This document shows, piece by piece, positions 1-12,492 of a stretch of 64,000 nt of DNA; position 1 is the stretch's first letter, and each line of letters opens with the position of its first letter. A model generated the notes under the pieces. The model had not been told where the DNA came from and made no database searches. It was given only the letters and a program-made list of their open reading frames with translations. The stretch is taken from the NCBI GenBank assembly GCA_964658305.1, contig OZ210885.1, positions 23,560,001 through 23,624,000 on the forward strand, in the 5' to 3' direction. Made by a program: the position numbers and the translations under genes. Source of the stretch: Leptogorgia sarmentosa (lineage: Eukaryota).

Positions 1-318
1 CTGTACATGTTTTCTAGTGTGCCCTGGGTATACATTTGAAGTGGGGATAGATTTCTTTCCGTTGAAACTGGATGGTTATTCCACTGAGAAACAAACTCTT
101 TCAAGGCTCTGTTTATTCTTGGAATGTACACAAAATGTAAGGCATATAAGTGAATTTCATTTAACAGGTCTAAAAGTTCATCCTGTTCCATCCCATAAAA
201 AATCTAAGCTAAGTGACACAATACGCCCGCGTATATATCTTTATGCGTTCTTTCAACCATGCAATTGTGAACAGAGCTACCCGTGATAATACTGCCTCTG
301 TCCAACCCTCTTGTTTCC
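1..318 (-). pseudogene. IS3EU-type (integrase-core DDE) transposase, C-terminal part, decayed
   Basis: Manual minus-strand translation gives ETRGLDRGSIITGSSVHNCMVER, then after a stop/frameshift MEQDELLDLLNEIHLYALHFVYIPRINRALKEFVSQWNNHPVSTERNLSPLQ. These are typical motifs of this integrase family. It joins 2349-2433 once the Gypsy insertion is removed. Confidence 0.8.
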
Positions 319-430
319 TGTAAAATACGTTTATTATCTGTACATGTATATATCAGTCTTGTCAACAACAAGTCTTTCTACTCAATTTACATAATACTAA
401 TTTACATAAACTATCATGCTAAATGTGACA
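319..430 (-). repeat. Short (~112 bp) 3' LTR of a Gypsy element
   Basis: TG...CA ends, AATAAA near the 3' end, and a polypurine tract (AAAAAAAGAACGGGAGA, minus strand) directly before it. The boundary at 319 falls exactly where the IS3EU integrase sequence resumes. Confidence 0.7.
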
Positions 431-579
431 TCTCCCGTTCTTTTTTTCATGCATAGTTCAACTATTAAACAATTCCATGGGTGTTCAAGTCAGAACTAAG
501 GTTTCTAAAATATTCTAACTCTACTAAATTCATCTTATACTATATATACATATATTCCTTTATACTTAACTAGATGTTC

Positions 580-2348
580 TCAATCTATCGGGAAGGTGCC
601 CCTCGAACTCTTGTACATCTTCTCAATGGAATTCGTACTTGTTCTTCCTCTATTTCTGTACTCGGCAATATAACTGCAGAACGAACTGGTGAACGTGCGA
701 TACTCGGCTATACCTGGACAACTTTCTTCTTCGCCGACAGGTTCCATTGGTGGTGTAATAATCACTGGGGGTTCATTAGTTGGCATTACCGGGTGTCCCA
801 AAAAAAAGTACTCCGGTTTGATTCGTAATAACTTTTGAACAAGTGAAGCTATTAAACAAAAACAACTCACAGTAGATAGAGGGAAGACTAACTTAGATTT
901 TGATATATTACACTTGTATTTTACTTTGATATTGACGGAGATATTAATGTTCAAAATGAAGAGCATATTTCTGGATGTGTGTAAAATATGCAAAAAATGG
1001 CGTATCGAATTAACTAAGCGTTATTCAAATAGTTCGTTTAGTTGGGGCAGGAATATTACCCCAACAACCGGGCCATCGTCTTCGAACTTCTGCTGCATTT
1101 CCACATCTTCCATGCTCCAAGCATACCCAAACTCTTTGATCTTTATTTAATCTTGACATGTTTAAAATAAAATCGGTATGAAACACAATCAAACCATAAC
1201 TCCATGCATAAGCCCCCTGGGACATCCAACATTTTGGGAAAAAATGTTTAACAAATGCTGTAATGTTAATTTGCAAAAATTCTCTAAACTATGCCTATAT
1301 CACTTACAAACCTGAGTAATAATTTATAGAATAAGTCATCCCAATGTGTGTTCAAGTTGAGCAAAGCTTGATCAATTTTGATACCGCGTTTTTGGTATAT
1401 TTTCGACACATCTGAAAGTACGCTACCGATTTTGAACACGAATATCTTCGTGAATTTTTAACTAAAATACAAGTGCAATATATCAAAATCTAAGTTAGGC
1501 TTCCCTCTATCTACTGTGAGTTGTTTTTGTTTCATAGCTTCACTCGTTCAAAAGTTGTTATGAATCAAACCGGAGTACTTTGTTTTGGGACACCCGGTAG
1601 ATGCTGGCGATTTCTGCATAACTGTGTTCCATTTGAAGTTGCCACAATGTACGAACGAGGTGATTTATGTTGTTCAACGACCACTGCTGGATTCCATACA
1701 CCTCCCTGTCGAATCCTTACTTACTTGTTTGGCTGTAAACTGGATAACTGTTTCGTTCCCTGATCATATGCTGCTTTCTGACGCAACTGACGTCCTCTCA
1801 ATCTCTGGCGAACATCGTTGATTGGTAACTTAGCTCTCAATTTTCTACTCATCAATAGTTCTGCAGGCGATTGTTCCATACCACTGATTGGAGAATTACG
1901 GAACTCCAACAAGGCTAGAAATGCATCTTGTTTCGAATCATTTGATTTTTTCAACAGACGCTTAATTGTCTGAACGTTTCTTTCCACAAGCCCATTTGAA
2001 CGCAGATAGTGTGGGCTGCTTGTCACCACCTCAATTTCCCACTCTCTAGCAAAGTCTCGAAATCTAAGGCTGTTGAAAGGCATATTATCAGCTATATTTT
2101 TTTCTGGAATGCCATGATGGGCAAACATTTCTTTCATTGCCAAGATGACAGCTTCACTATTCTTGTGATTTATCCTTGTTACTTCCGGATACTTTGAGAA
2201 ATAATCGACTACCAGTAAATAGTCTCTTCCTTTATAATAAAATATGTCCGCTGCAACTGTTGACCATGGCCTCTCTGGAATTTCTTGCGGCATCAACAGC
2301 TCCCTCTGATTCCTTCGCTGAAATTGTAAACATGTTCTGCATTCTGAC
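580..2348 (-). pseudogene. Gypsy/Ty3 pol integrase fragment (5'-truncated, frameshifted, interrupted by a Tc1 derivative)
   Basis: CRTC zinc-finger end, PWSTVAADIF, LLVVDYFSKYPE, HGIPE..ADN, SNGLVERNVQTIK, SPAELL. The C-terminal RNRQH-LMPTNEPP is restored by removing 789-1597 plus one TA. Confidence 0.88.
789..1597. mobile_element. Non-autonomous Tc1/mariner deletion derivative
   Basis: TIRs of about 125 bp (CCGGGTGTCCCAAAA...TTTTGGGACACCCGG), TA on both sides (787-788, 1598-1599), and a residual N-terminal HTH-like peptide MSRLNKDQRVWVCLEHGRCGNAAEVRRRW. Confidence 0.9.
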
Positions 2349-2433
2349 AACATGTATCTTGCCACTTCAATGTTTTCAAGTCTGTGGTCACTTCTGACTC
2401 TGGAAGGTACGCCATATTCAGCAACGGCACTAG
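2349..2433 (-). pseudogene. IS3EU-type integrase middle fragment
   Basis: SAVAEYGVPSRVRSDHRLENIEVARYML matches the family motif YGxPSRVRSDxGxENxxVARYML and continues into ETRGLDRGS at 318. Confidence 0.75.
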
Positions 2434-2439
2434 TGGGTA

Positions 2440-2690
2440 CTAGTTAAGATGGCGGCAACTTTTTGAGCTCGTCACTTTGAAATAATATTTTTATATGTTT
2501 TCTTGAATAATTATATGTGTTTGTACTTTTTTTTGTTGTTAACAATGAGCAAAACTACTGAGCTAACTACAGAGGCACTCATAATAATCCTTGACAAGAA
2601 ATTAGAGGAAAATTTGAGACCATTTCATCGAGCAATGGACGATCTAAGGCAGGCATTAAACGACGCACAATGGACGAATTTAAATTAAAC
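2440..2690 (+). mobile_element. Possible 5' end and ORF1 start of a LINE, truncated
   Basis: AAGATGGCGGC leader followed by a short coiled-coil-like ORF (MSKTTELTTEALIIILDKKLEENLRP...). Resemblance only. Confidence 0.3.
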
Positions 2691-2878
2691 CTTGAATTAA
2701 ACCTCGTCTGGGTCAGACGGATAATTCGTCAGAAGTTCGTCTTCGCGCTTAACGACGAATATAATTCTGAAGAATTTATTTTGCATGATGCCAGAATTAT
2801 TTTAATTCATGACAACTTAATTTCCACCAATAATAATACTTGCCGCCAATTGCCAATTCCCCCAAATTGGCAACAAAA

Positions 2879-3093
2879 TGGCGGAACTACCATGTGGAAG
2901 CTGTGAAAGCAAAACGAAGTACGTCTGTATCTCATGTAAAATGCCAATATGTAACCGCAAAGATTGTAGTTTTGCTGAAAATGATTAAAGTATTTCTGGT
3001 TGGATCGCTCAGAGAAGTGTTGGATATTGTAAAGAATGCGAAAACATTCAGTGGCTTGGGTAGACGATGACAGCGAGGACAGAGTGAAGTCTG
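2879..3093 (+). pseudogene. N-terminal Cys-rich part of a PIF/Harbinger Myb/SANT accessory gene
   Basis: MAELPCGSCESKTKYVCISCKMPICNRKDC...GWIAQRSVGYCKEC with an internal stop. It continues at 12493 after the hAT insertion. Confidence 0.55.
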
Positions 3094-3461
3094 CAGGGGT
3101 ATTTAAGGTTTTGGGAGCTGGGTGGGAGCTCCCCCCAAATTTTTAAAGATTTTTTATTTGGGGGGAATTCCCCCTGCTTTATTTAGTTCCATAGAATTCT
3201 TAATATCAATGCAGTAACTAGCAAATGCATACAGTATATGTAAGTGCAAAATTCGGTGAGGTCAGTTGCTAACAACACTTGCATGAAGTTATAATATATT
3301 AGAAACAAAATAATATTTAGAATGTCAATGTCATCGGTAGTATAATAATGTGAAACTGCAAAGTTCAACAGTTGACTTCAGTTCTTGTCCCTATTGTTAT
3401 TTTTAACGGTTCAGTTCACTACTCCGTTCAATATTCATTTCAATATGTCCTAAATCTAATA

Positions 3462-5587
3462 CTACTTAAATATCACTCGGTCACTTCTTTTCATATTTCT
3501 CCAATGGTTGATGACATCACTGGAGTACTCAGCAAAGAATTCAGGTGATGGTGGTCCATTATATCTTATTCTCACAAGAGAATTCAGGAATGCTTGTGAC
3601 ATCTTCGTTCTTAACTTGGTTTTGATTATCTTCAGCTGGCTGAACATCCTTTCTGCTTCAACACTTGTCAAAGGGAGCAAAATCAACACTGTAGCAAGAA
3701 AATAAATTGCATCTGGGATATTGTCCGGTCTGGACTTTAGAATCCACCTCACAAAGTTGCAGAGGGAGACATCTCGACGACGATACATAAATGCAATCCA
3801 CTCCTTCCTATAATTTTCCAGTTCTGCTTGGTGGAATGGCGAATCAAACCCAATTTGACTCACACAATAATGATCACATATTCTAGTGTCCTTTTTCAGA
3901 TAGTCTTCATGACTTTGAGTATTTCCTGGCACCAACACAGGATTGAATAACTTGGCTAATGATGCTACGAGCGGTTGGATTGTGCCTAAACGCTCAACAA
4001 TATTAGCTTTAACATTTGCAACAAAAGGTTTATAAATCTACTCTTTCAGGACACTCCAATCTGATCTTCCCCTCATGTTTCTCCTTCCACCAATGCTCAA
4101 ATTTGCACAAGTTACTTCCAAGAAATTACTTAAGTTATTAATGTGTTCCCCTCCATTTTTTATTTCATCAAGCTTATCCAAGCAGTTTGCATAATAGTCA
4201 TTGAAGTGTTCTATTGTCAAATCCTTGCCACTGGTGTATTGTAACATTCGACACAGTGTGGATACAACTGGCAAAACATCACGCAAGGCCATCAAGCAAA
4301 CCACATTCTTTTTGGATAATAATCCTTCAGCTAAGCCAGCAGCAATGCTATCATTCTTCATTTCAGCAGAGTTTTCTAGATTTACCACCAATTCAGGATA
4401 AAGATCATATATTCTCTTTGAAGCTGCATCAGAAGTCAACCAACGCTGGTCTTTGTTTTCAAGTATCTTCAAGGATTTGCCCTTGAACACTTCTTGCAGC
4501 TTTTTGAATGTACTTTCACGCACAGAACTGTTTTTAAAATATTGGTATATTGAATGCATTAACTCCTTAAATTGAGCAACTTCAACAACATTGTCTGCAG
4601 CATCTTTGACTGTTAGATTCAACCGATGAGCCAAACACCAAAAGCACACAATAAATGGATTCCACTTTTTCAGCCACGACTTCACACCATTAGCTTCTCC
4701 TAGATTAGTATTGCAGCCATCAAAACCTACTGCTAAGACTTTGGTCATTGATTGCTCAAGAGTTGTTTCAACAAAAGATTTCAAGGCATGTGCCAAAACA
4801 GAAGCAGTGCCATTCTCTACTTCTATCATTTCTCCAAAAAACCATTCAGGTGTATCATTTTTCAGGCAACAGACATTGATATTGTATTGTTTACAGTTTG
4901 AATCATCTGTGGTTTCATCAGCAACCAAAACAATTCCATCACTTGCACTGGCACACTTCACCATATCAGATTTCAATGGAAAAGCTAGACATTGCAAAGA
5001 TTCACTCACTTCCTGTGGTTGACAATATCTGTATGACTTCACCTTTTCACCAGTATTTCTCTTTGATTTTCTTCTTTCTCCATCAGTTATTTTGATCTCA
5101 TCAAGATCCAGTCCATTCTGTTCTTGCAAACACAACATTGCATCCAAACTATCATTAGGTGGAATGTTTTTCTTTGCACAAGTGTAGAGTGTCCTAAAGT
5201 ACTTTTCCATCACTTCTTCACTTTTAGCTTTACGTGATGCCACCTCTGAGGCATCATTAAGCCTTTCAATTGTTTGTTGTTGCCCATGTTCGTTCTCTCT
5301 TTCTTTCTTTAGTGCATTGAAATGGATATTACTCATATTTCCCTTTGGGTCCCCGAAACGTTTCCTTATTTTATCTATCCGATAGCTTTGGCATGGTTCT
5401 GAGATGTATATGCCTTGCTTAGAATGACTGTACTGCTGACAAATTGTGCAATAGTAGCCTTCGCCAGGAATATATTTTAATCCCTCAAAAAGACTCAACC
5501 ACCTTTCTTGATGCCCACTGCTATCGCCTCGTTTTGGTTTTGCATGCTGATGCTTGGATTTTTTACTTGCAGCTATGCTAGTTACAG
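3462..5587 (-). pseudogene. hAT transposase (ZNF862-like), main body, one in-frame stop at 4038-4040
   Basis: YYCTICQ, ADETTD, GFDGCNTN, WCLAHRLNL, RWLT, and the dimerisation motif PLTSVEAERMFSQLKIIKTKLR. The 486-aa and 158-aa ORFs are in the same frame. Confidence 0.9.
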
Positions 5588-6031
5588 GGAAGGCACTAGA
5601 TAGGATCGCCTTAAACCCCGCGAGCCAGCAATCACCTAATATTTTACCAGCGGTACTTCAGTGAACATTAAGCGCATTTCCCCGAGTGATTTCCGGAATA
5701 TTCAGAATTGTTTCCGGTTTTCAAAGAATGATACTTTGTATATTTCATTTCAATCTTTTTTCCTTTGGATGCAGTAAATATTTACGCAAACGAGGACAAG
5801 TTAACTCGATAGGTTTTATTTTAACACGCACACACTTTTATACTTTAAATAAAAGCAGAAACAGGGTGTAGGTCGATCCTGTCGTGTTCTCCGACAAAGA
5901 TCGACCTAAACCCCATGAGCCATCAGTCACTTGATATTTTACCAGCGGTTAATGACACAGATGTTTTCCGGTTGCTGCGCTTCCGGTTTAAATATAAACA
6001 AAATCAAATTCGCGCGAAATTTAAATTTAAA

Positions 6032-9000
6032 ATGGCGGGTTTCACATCAAACGATCCTTGGACATCGCATTTTACAGTGCAATTCGATTCTTTTTCTGGA
6101 TATGTTAATGACGAGGTTACTGCATACGAGCTAATTAAAGCGTATGAAATTGCCACTACCAGTCGCTTTACTGTATTCAAGCAAACAGCAGGGTTTAGTG
6201 ATACAAAGGGCAAGGAAAATCGTGACAAACACCGGGTGCGTTGGCAAGACCCAGACGAGACTACAGGGTACAAGCTCGAGTTTGACGGAATCCCTTTTGA
6301 GATTGCTGGAATGAAAATCCTAGATTGCCAAAATGGGCCCGATAAAAATAAAGCGAAGAAGAAGAAAGAAGCTTTGAGGAAGACCGAAAAAACCGTAAGC
6401 AATACACCAGTGTATTAGTATCTATATATATATATATAAACAGTGATCCATCATATAGACATCATATAGAAATAATCAAGGACAAATAGCACGTAAGAGT
6501 GGCTTTTGTTGACTTTAATTTTTCAATAACTGGTGTTTTATGCCTGTTTTGGAAATAAATTTGGAAACTGTAAGTATAAATAACAGAATTATGTTCTTGT
6601 TAGGATGGAGTTGATCACCCCTATCATCATCCTAAACGACGTTTTATGGTACAAGATACGAAAAGATGTGGCTGTCCTGCCAGAATTCACATGAGGAAAA
6701 TAATTAAGTTTCCGGATTATAAGGTATTAAAGTGTAACCGTAGCTATAGGTGTAACATAATGAAGTTGATGTTCAGGAAAATCATACATTGCCAATATAC
6801 GCATATAATTAAAAACCCTAACATTTCTTTTCCTGAGGCTGAACTCACCGGGTTGTACACATAAGTGCTTATGCCGGCCTTATATTTATAAAAAGCAATT
6901 CCTTGTTTTATTGCAATAAATTGCATGTGTTTGTTTTCTCGCCGCGAATTTCCAATAAGTCCCAGTAAGGTGTAAGCTGGATATTGACATATCAGGTGAA
7001 AAATGTCCATTTCTGAATTACTTTTTCAGATTATAGAGGATACCAAAAAGAGAAGAGAGAACACGTCAAAGGCCTTGCGGGATGCTCGGTCCGCTGGAGA
7101 TGGAAAAGTTGTTACGGAGAAGCGTATATATATCACTCTCCCTAAGATCGAGGACCATTCGTTTCACCTCACAGGAAAAGTAAGTAACTGTTTGGCTTGC
7201 ATTGTACATCTGTACAATGTGTATATTATACATAATCACACAGACTGCCAAATTAATTTTTAAATAATTTTTATATTATTTTATAGATCTCCGGACTTCT
7301 TCAACCCATTGATGAGAGACTGGTGAAAAAAATACAGGAGTTGGTGTCAAGCGGAGTAAACCGCGTCTCCGAGATGCAACGTCACCTGCAATATTATGTG
7401 AGGAAGGAAATCTTCGCCGGCCAAAAACCACCAGAGGTGACAAACAGGCGTTTCTTCCCTACTAGCGTAGATGTGAGAAATCACATGTATAGAGCAACAA
7501 TACAGCATAGACACTCAAACATTGATCAGGAAAACCTAGAATTTAAAATTAAAGAATGGGAAAAAGAAAGTCCAGATGACAAATACTTTTTCAGACCGTT
7601 TACTCATACAAACACCACTGGGGATGATGGTGCCGGAAATTGTGATGACGAGGAAAATTATAGCCACGACGATAATGACATCGTTGAAATAAAACAACAG
7701 GAGCAATCAAAAAATATTCTTCTGGTTCACCAAACACAATGGCAGAGGAAACTCCTTGAAAAGTACGGTGGTGATATTTGCCTGCTTGACGCAACGTATA
7801 AAACGTCTCGCTATGCCCTTCCTATGTTCTTCATGTGCGTCAAAACCAACGTCGATTACTGCGTTGTTGCTTCCTTTGTGATCCAACAGGAGAATGCCGA
7901 TTCGATTTGGGAAGCTTTGCACATCTTGCGAGATTGGAACCCAACTTGGAGTCCTGATTTTTTCATGGTCGATTTCTGTGAAGCCGAAATAAATGCCATT
8001 GAAAGACTTTTTCCAGGTAAGGGTAGCCTGCAGATTAATAGAATATACAGTACAATATTGCATAGTATGATATATTTAACAATAGAGTGAAGCCATGACA
8101 ATACGCAATGTTTCTATTTTCTAGACTGTCTTGTCTACCTGTGTGACTTCCATCGTGAACAGGCCTGGGTTAGATGGGTGAACAAAGGCAAACATGGTGT
8201 GAACAAGGAACAGAAAGATAAGCTCCTTAGCATATTACGTGCTCTGGCCAAAGCTCCAAATGAAAAAGACTTTCAAACCATCCTGACCAATCTGCAAAGT
8301 GATGAGTTATGGAAAGCAAACAAATTACTCCAAGACTGGATGAATACAACCTGGCTTCCTGAAAAAAAAGTGAGTACATTTTAGACTGGAATGGCAAAAT
8401 ATATACTAACAACACACATATTACAAAAAGAATTAAATGTAAATAAGGTTTTCTTGTTTTAGTATATTGGCGAAAGTAAGGTATAAGCATATTCAATAAT
8501 AACACAGGCAAAGTAGGTTCTTGGGCAGATTAATGACTGTAGTCGTCAAAGTGCAAAAAAAACTTTGCTAATCTTCAATGGGTCGGCCAAAGCCCACAGG
8601 GTGGCTGAATTGGTGCAGTCAGATGCACATTTATCTTCATCTCTGTGATGTTTTCTTTCTATTTACTATTTAGCGCTGGGTTTGGGCATACAGAAAAGAC
8701 CGTTTTAATGTGAAGGTGAATACCAACAATGGCGTGGAGAGACAAAATCGGTCATTCAAGTACCAGTTTCTTGCGGACAACAGAGATAAGACTTTAAGTG
8801 GCCTGATAAGTGTTATGGTTACACAGTTCCTTCCCAATATCTACAAAAAGTAAGCAAAATTTAAAATCTTAAGCAATTGCTTTAAGTTTTTTATAGTGGT
8901 GGTAAGCTGTTCCGAAGTATGAAGAAATCGTGTAAGTTGAACAGGACGTCTCTTCCATCTACAATATGCAGATCTAATAAGGCCCCCAAATTTTCCAAGA

Positions 9001-11130
9001 AGATGTGGGCGGGGCGGATATTTTCCCCAGAAAAAGGACTTTTTTCTGGACAAAACGGGGATACAAAAGGCTTTTTGTCTGTGCTAAATTTTATAAATTT
9101 ACATGCATTTTTCAGAACAAGACCCTCCGGGTTAGACGTGCATATCTTTATTTTATATCTCTATTTTTCCAATTAGATATATTGAAAGCAACATCCGTTA
9201 TGCAAGTGCCTATCGCCAGTACAATCAATCCCTTCCAAAGTGGTTGCACAATCGACCAAGACAGTTTGTTACCCATTGCCAGAAACGCCTATCGCAAGCT
9301 GAGAGAACGACTAAATCTAGCATTACAAATGAAGGCCATGGTGAATTCATTGTTGAAAGCCAGAGCATCAGTGGCAAATCGTACAGTGTCCAATTTGGTG
9401 ATATCACTACCATGCCATCCTGCAGTTGCTTTGACTGGGAAAAACACCACTGGCCTTGTAAACATTTTTTGGCCATCTACAACCATTTTCCTGAATGGGG
9501 ATGGGGAAAAATGTCTCCCTCCTATACGTCTAGCCCGTACTTCAAGATAGACTCTTCAGTCATTCCAGTTTACTCAGAAATTGGTGCAAAGGGAAGCGAC
9601 ACACAGTTACAGTCCCCCAATAGCACGTGCAGTTCGGAAAATGTACCATCTGTGAACAAGAGTTACACAGTCCCAGATGCAGCAAACGTCCTCGAAAAAG
9701 ATGACGAGGAAGACGACTTAAAGCCCGTTGTAAATACACAACAGGAGGGAAGATGTTGCAGGGAGATTTTAAAAGAAATGCAAAATCTTACTTATCTTTG
9801 TCCTGATGGAAGTTCTTTGTTGGACCTGAAACAAGATCTTCAAAAACTGCTGACCAACTTCAAGCAACGTATACCATCAGAAAATGGTATTTTGGTGGAG
9901 GGATCAAAACCCCCCAAAAAATCAAAGAAACTATCCAAAATAAAAAAACAGAAAACCAAGAAAAAAAAGGACTATGCCAAACTTCCCCTACGTCTGAAAC
10001 TAAAACGGAAAAATAATGATTCAGTAGATGTTTCCTCTCCAAAGAAGAAACAAAAGAAAGTGATTACTTTACTAGAGAAAGATATCAGTGACGTGCTGGA
10101 GAAAGGGCACAGCATGCTACCAAATGACATACAATTGGAGGAAGAAACAGTGGTACAGTCAGCCTTCACCTCAAATCACGTGAACGCCAATGTACAGGAT
10201 TCCATTGGTAATTTTAAAGAAACACAAGATACTCTCGTTGAAAACGTGCGGTGTTTGCCAAATGCCCCAGAAAGTAGCACCACGCCACAATGCCAAGAGC
10301 TGCCACAAAAATGCTTCATTTTGGTTGATGAAACCTCGCCAGATCCAGTAACATGGTTAACCATAAATAACCCTAATTGTTCTGATGCAAAGGTTACTCT
10401 ATATCAAGCTTCTAAAAAGAACATTTTAGATAAGAAAGGATGGCTAACTGACTCGGAAATACATGCTGGGCAAGTGCTCCTCAATATGCAATTCCCCTTG
10501 GTGGATGGCCTTTGTGATCCTGCTGTTCAAGGTGACTTAGTAACACCAGCAATCAGTGAATTTGTCCAAATTATTAATACCGGCGCCCATTGGATTTGCA
10601 TGAGTACGATATCATCTGGTCCTGGGACTGTCAAACTTTATGATACCCTGTACAACAGAGCAAACTCAGTCGCGATACACCATGCTTGTCACATGCTCAT
10701 GTACAATGGGGATAAGATATCATTTGTAAATGAGAGAGTCCAAAGGCAAACCAATTCTAATGACTGTGGCCTTTTTTCACTTGCCATTGCAACAGATCTA
10801 TGCAATGGTACTGATCCAACTACACAGTCCTATGATCAAGGAAGTTTGCGTAAGCACTACATCAACTGCTTGGAGACTGGGAAAATGATCCCCTTTCCGA
10901 AGACGACCCGACGAGTACAGCGTTATCTAGGCTCCACACGAACGACAGTGGCAATCTACTGTATCTGTCGGATGCCAAATGACAAAAGAGAATATGTCCA
11001 ATGCTCCCAGTGCAATGCTTGGTATCACCCTTTGTGTGTGAACATTCCAGAGTGGGCTCTCAAGACTAAACGTCAGTGGAGGTGTGAGAAATGCAGAAGC
11101 AAGCAAGTTAAAAAACCATACCTTCATTAA
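6032..11130 (+). CDS. 7-exon MULE transposase (~1245 aa): CaRF/ALS2CR8-like N-terminus, DDE core, SWIM, Ulp1/C48-like protease, PHD finger
   Basis: Exons 6032-6394, 6604-6723, 7030-7179, 7287-8016, 8125-8369, 8674-8849 and 9177-11130, all GT-AG and phase-compatible. Motifs: DGIPF..GMKILDCQNGPD, GCPARI, LLDATYKT, FMVDFCEAE, LCDFHREQAW, NTNNGVE, CSC..W..HHWPCKH, HW..YDTL..QTNSNDCGLF, YCIC..CSQCNAWYH..C..WRCEKC. Confidence 0.88.
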
Positions 11131-11342
11131 TAGTTTGTAACTTTCTAAAAACCACAATTAATGAGTGCCCCCAAAAATGTCTGCCTCTCCTCCCACTTTG
11201 CTTTGTGGTATTACAATGTTATTTAGGTACTGTATGATACTGGATATGATTTACTATCCTATTGTTTTAATAAGTTTCTTCTTTGGACTATCAAAATGAC
11301 CACATCTTTGCATAACCTTGCCAAGTTGAAATATTGGCAACA

Positions 11343-11467
11343 CCATGTATAAGTCCCCCCCCCCCCCCCCCTTCCGTGTATAAACTTCCTTTGTATATAT
11401 AAAAGCCCATCAAAAAAGGAGTACGAACTTATATAAGCCCAGGGCTTATAATCGGAGGGTTACGGTA
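11343..11467. mobile_element. Possible Tc1/pogo-like MITE end inside the MULE 3' region
   Basis: ATAAGCCCAGGGCTTAT palindrome followed by ...GAGGGTTACGGTA. No matching left end was identified. Confidence 0.3.
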
Positions 11468-11857
11468 TAGTATATAAAACGGTATAAATAGTATAAACTA
11501 ATCATAAAGCATGTATTAAATTAAAATAGACTACAGTACTTGGTATAAAAATTAAATTTAGAAAAATTGTATATTAATAACGATTTCTGCTTTTATTTAA
11601 AGTATAAAAGTGTGTGCGTGTTAAAATAAAACCTACCGAGTTAACTTGTCCTCGTTTGCGTAAATATTTACTGCATCCAAAGGAAAAAAGATTGAAATGA
11701 AATATACAAAGTATCATTCTTTGAAAACCGGAAACAATTCTGAATATTCCGGAAATCACTCGGGGAAATGCGCTTAATGTTCACTGAAGTACCGCTGGTA
11801 AAATATTAGGTGATTGCTGGCTCGCGGGGTTTAAGGCGATCCTATCTAGTGCCTTCC

Positions 11858-12194
11858 TAGTTACAGCAGATGAGTGAGAGTCAGTATTCATGTTTTCAAT
11901 TTGCTGATTTTCCTTTGTGACATCTTGAGTTTCACTGCATTCATATACTATTGTAACATTTGTTTCATCGATCATGTTCTCATTCGATATAATTGAAGTC
12001 ATGTCCATTATTTCTTCGTCTGTTGTTGATGTGTCTGTACCTGATGTATGTGCTGTTTCAGAAGTATCCTTTTCCTTGTTATTGTCTACATTCTTAGATT
12101 TTTTATTGAAGAAAGTACTTATCTTTGATTGTTCCATGTCAGATTTCCGCTTCTTGTTTCTATTTGTATACTGATTAAAATTCATTCTGATCAA
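11858..12194 (-). pseudogene. hAT transposase N-terminal part
   Basis: MEQSKISTFFNKK...DSHSSAVT joins in frame to SIAASKKSKHQ...WLSLFEG once the MULE and one TSD are removed. Confidence 0.85.
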
Positions 12195-12492
12195 TCTTTC
12201 ATACTACTGCTACTTCCTCATAAAAATTATCATACATAATAAACTGATTTATATTTTTAAATTGCATTGTGGTGCTTCCACATTGAAACATAAATTCCAT
12301 ATATTTTTAATTATGTCAAAATTTCATTAATTTAAGAATAATTATTTCATCAAAACTCAACTTTTAAAACAACCCTGATCTAGGGGGGGGGAATGCTCCC
12401 CCCCAAAATTTAGGTTTTTTCAGATTTGGGTGGGAATATGGAATTTTGGGGGGGGGAATACCCCCCCTATTCCCCCCCGCAAAATACCCCTG

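Larger units (their letters stand above)
5588..11857 (+). mobile_element. MULE/Mutator DNA transposon, apparently complete
   Basis: 274-bp near-identical TIRs (5588-5861 and 11584-11857, GGAAGGCACTAG...) and a 9-bp TSD TAGTTACAG (5579-5587, 11858-11866). Confidence 0.95.
3094..12492 (-). mobile_element. hAT DNA transposon with a 6-bp TSD, interrupted by a MULE
   Basis: TIR CAGGGGTATTT (3094) / AAATACCCCTG (ends 12492); AGTCTG at 3088-3093 and 12493-12498; G/C-run subterminal repeats; hAT transposase inside. Confidence 0.88.

Noticed and set aside
580..993. 137-aa ORF as a gene
   Set aside because: Chimera of the Tc1 TIR and the Gypsy pol tail.
5686..5871. Duplicated 61-aa ORF (also at 11574-11759)
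   Set aside because: Both lie within the MULE TIRs, so the duplication is an artefact of the inverted repeat.
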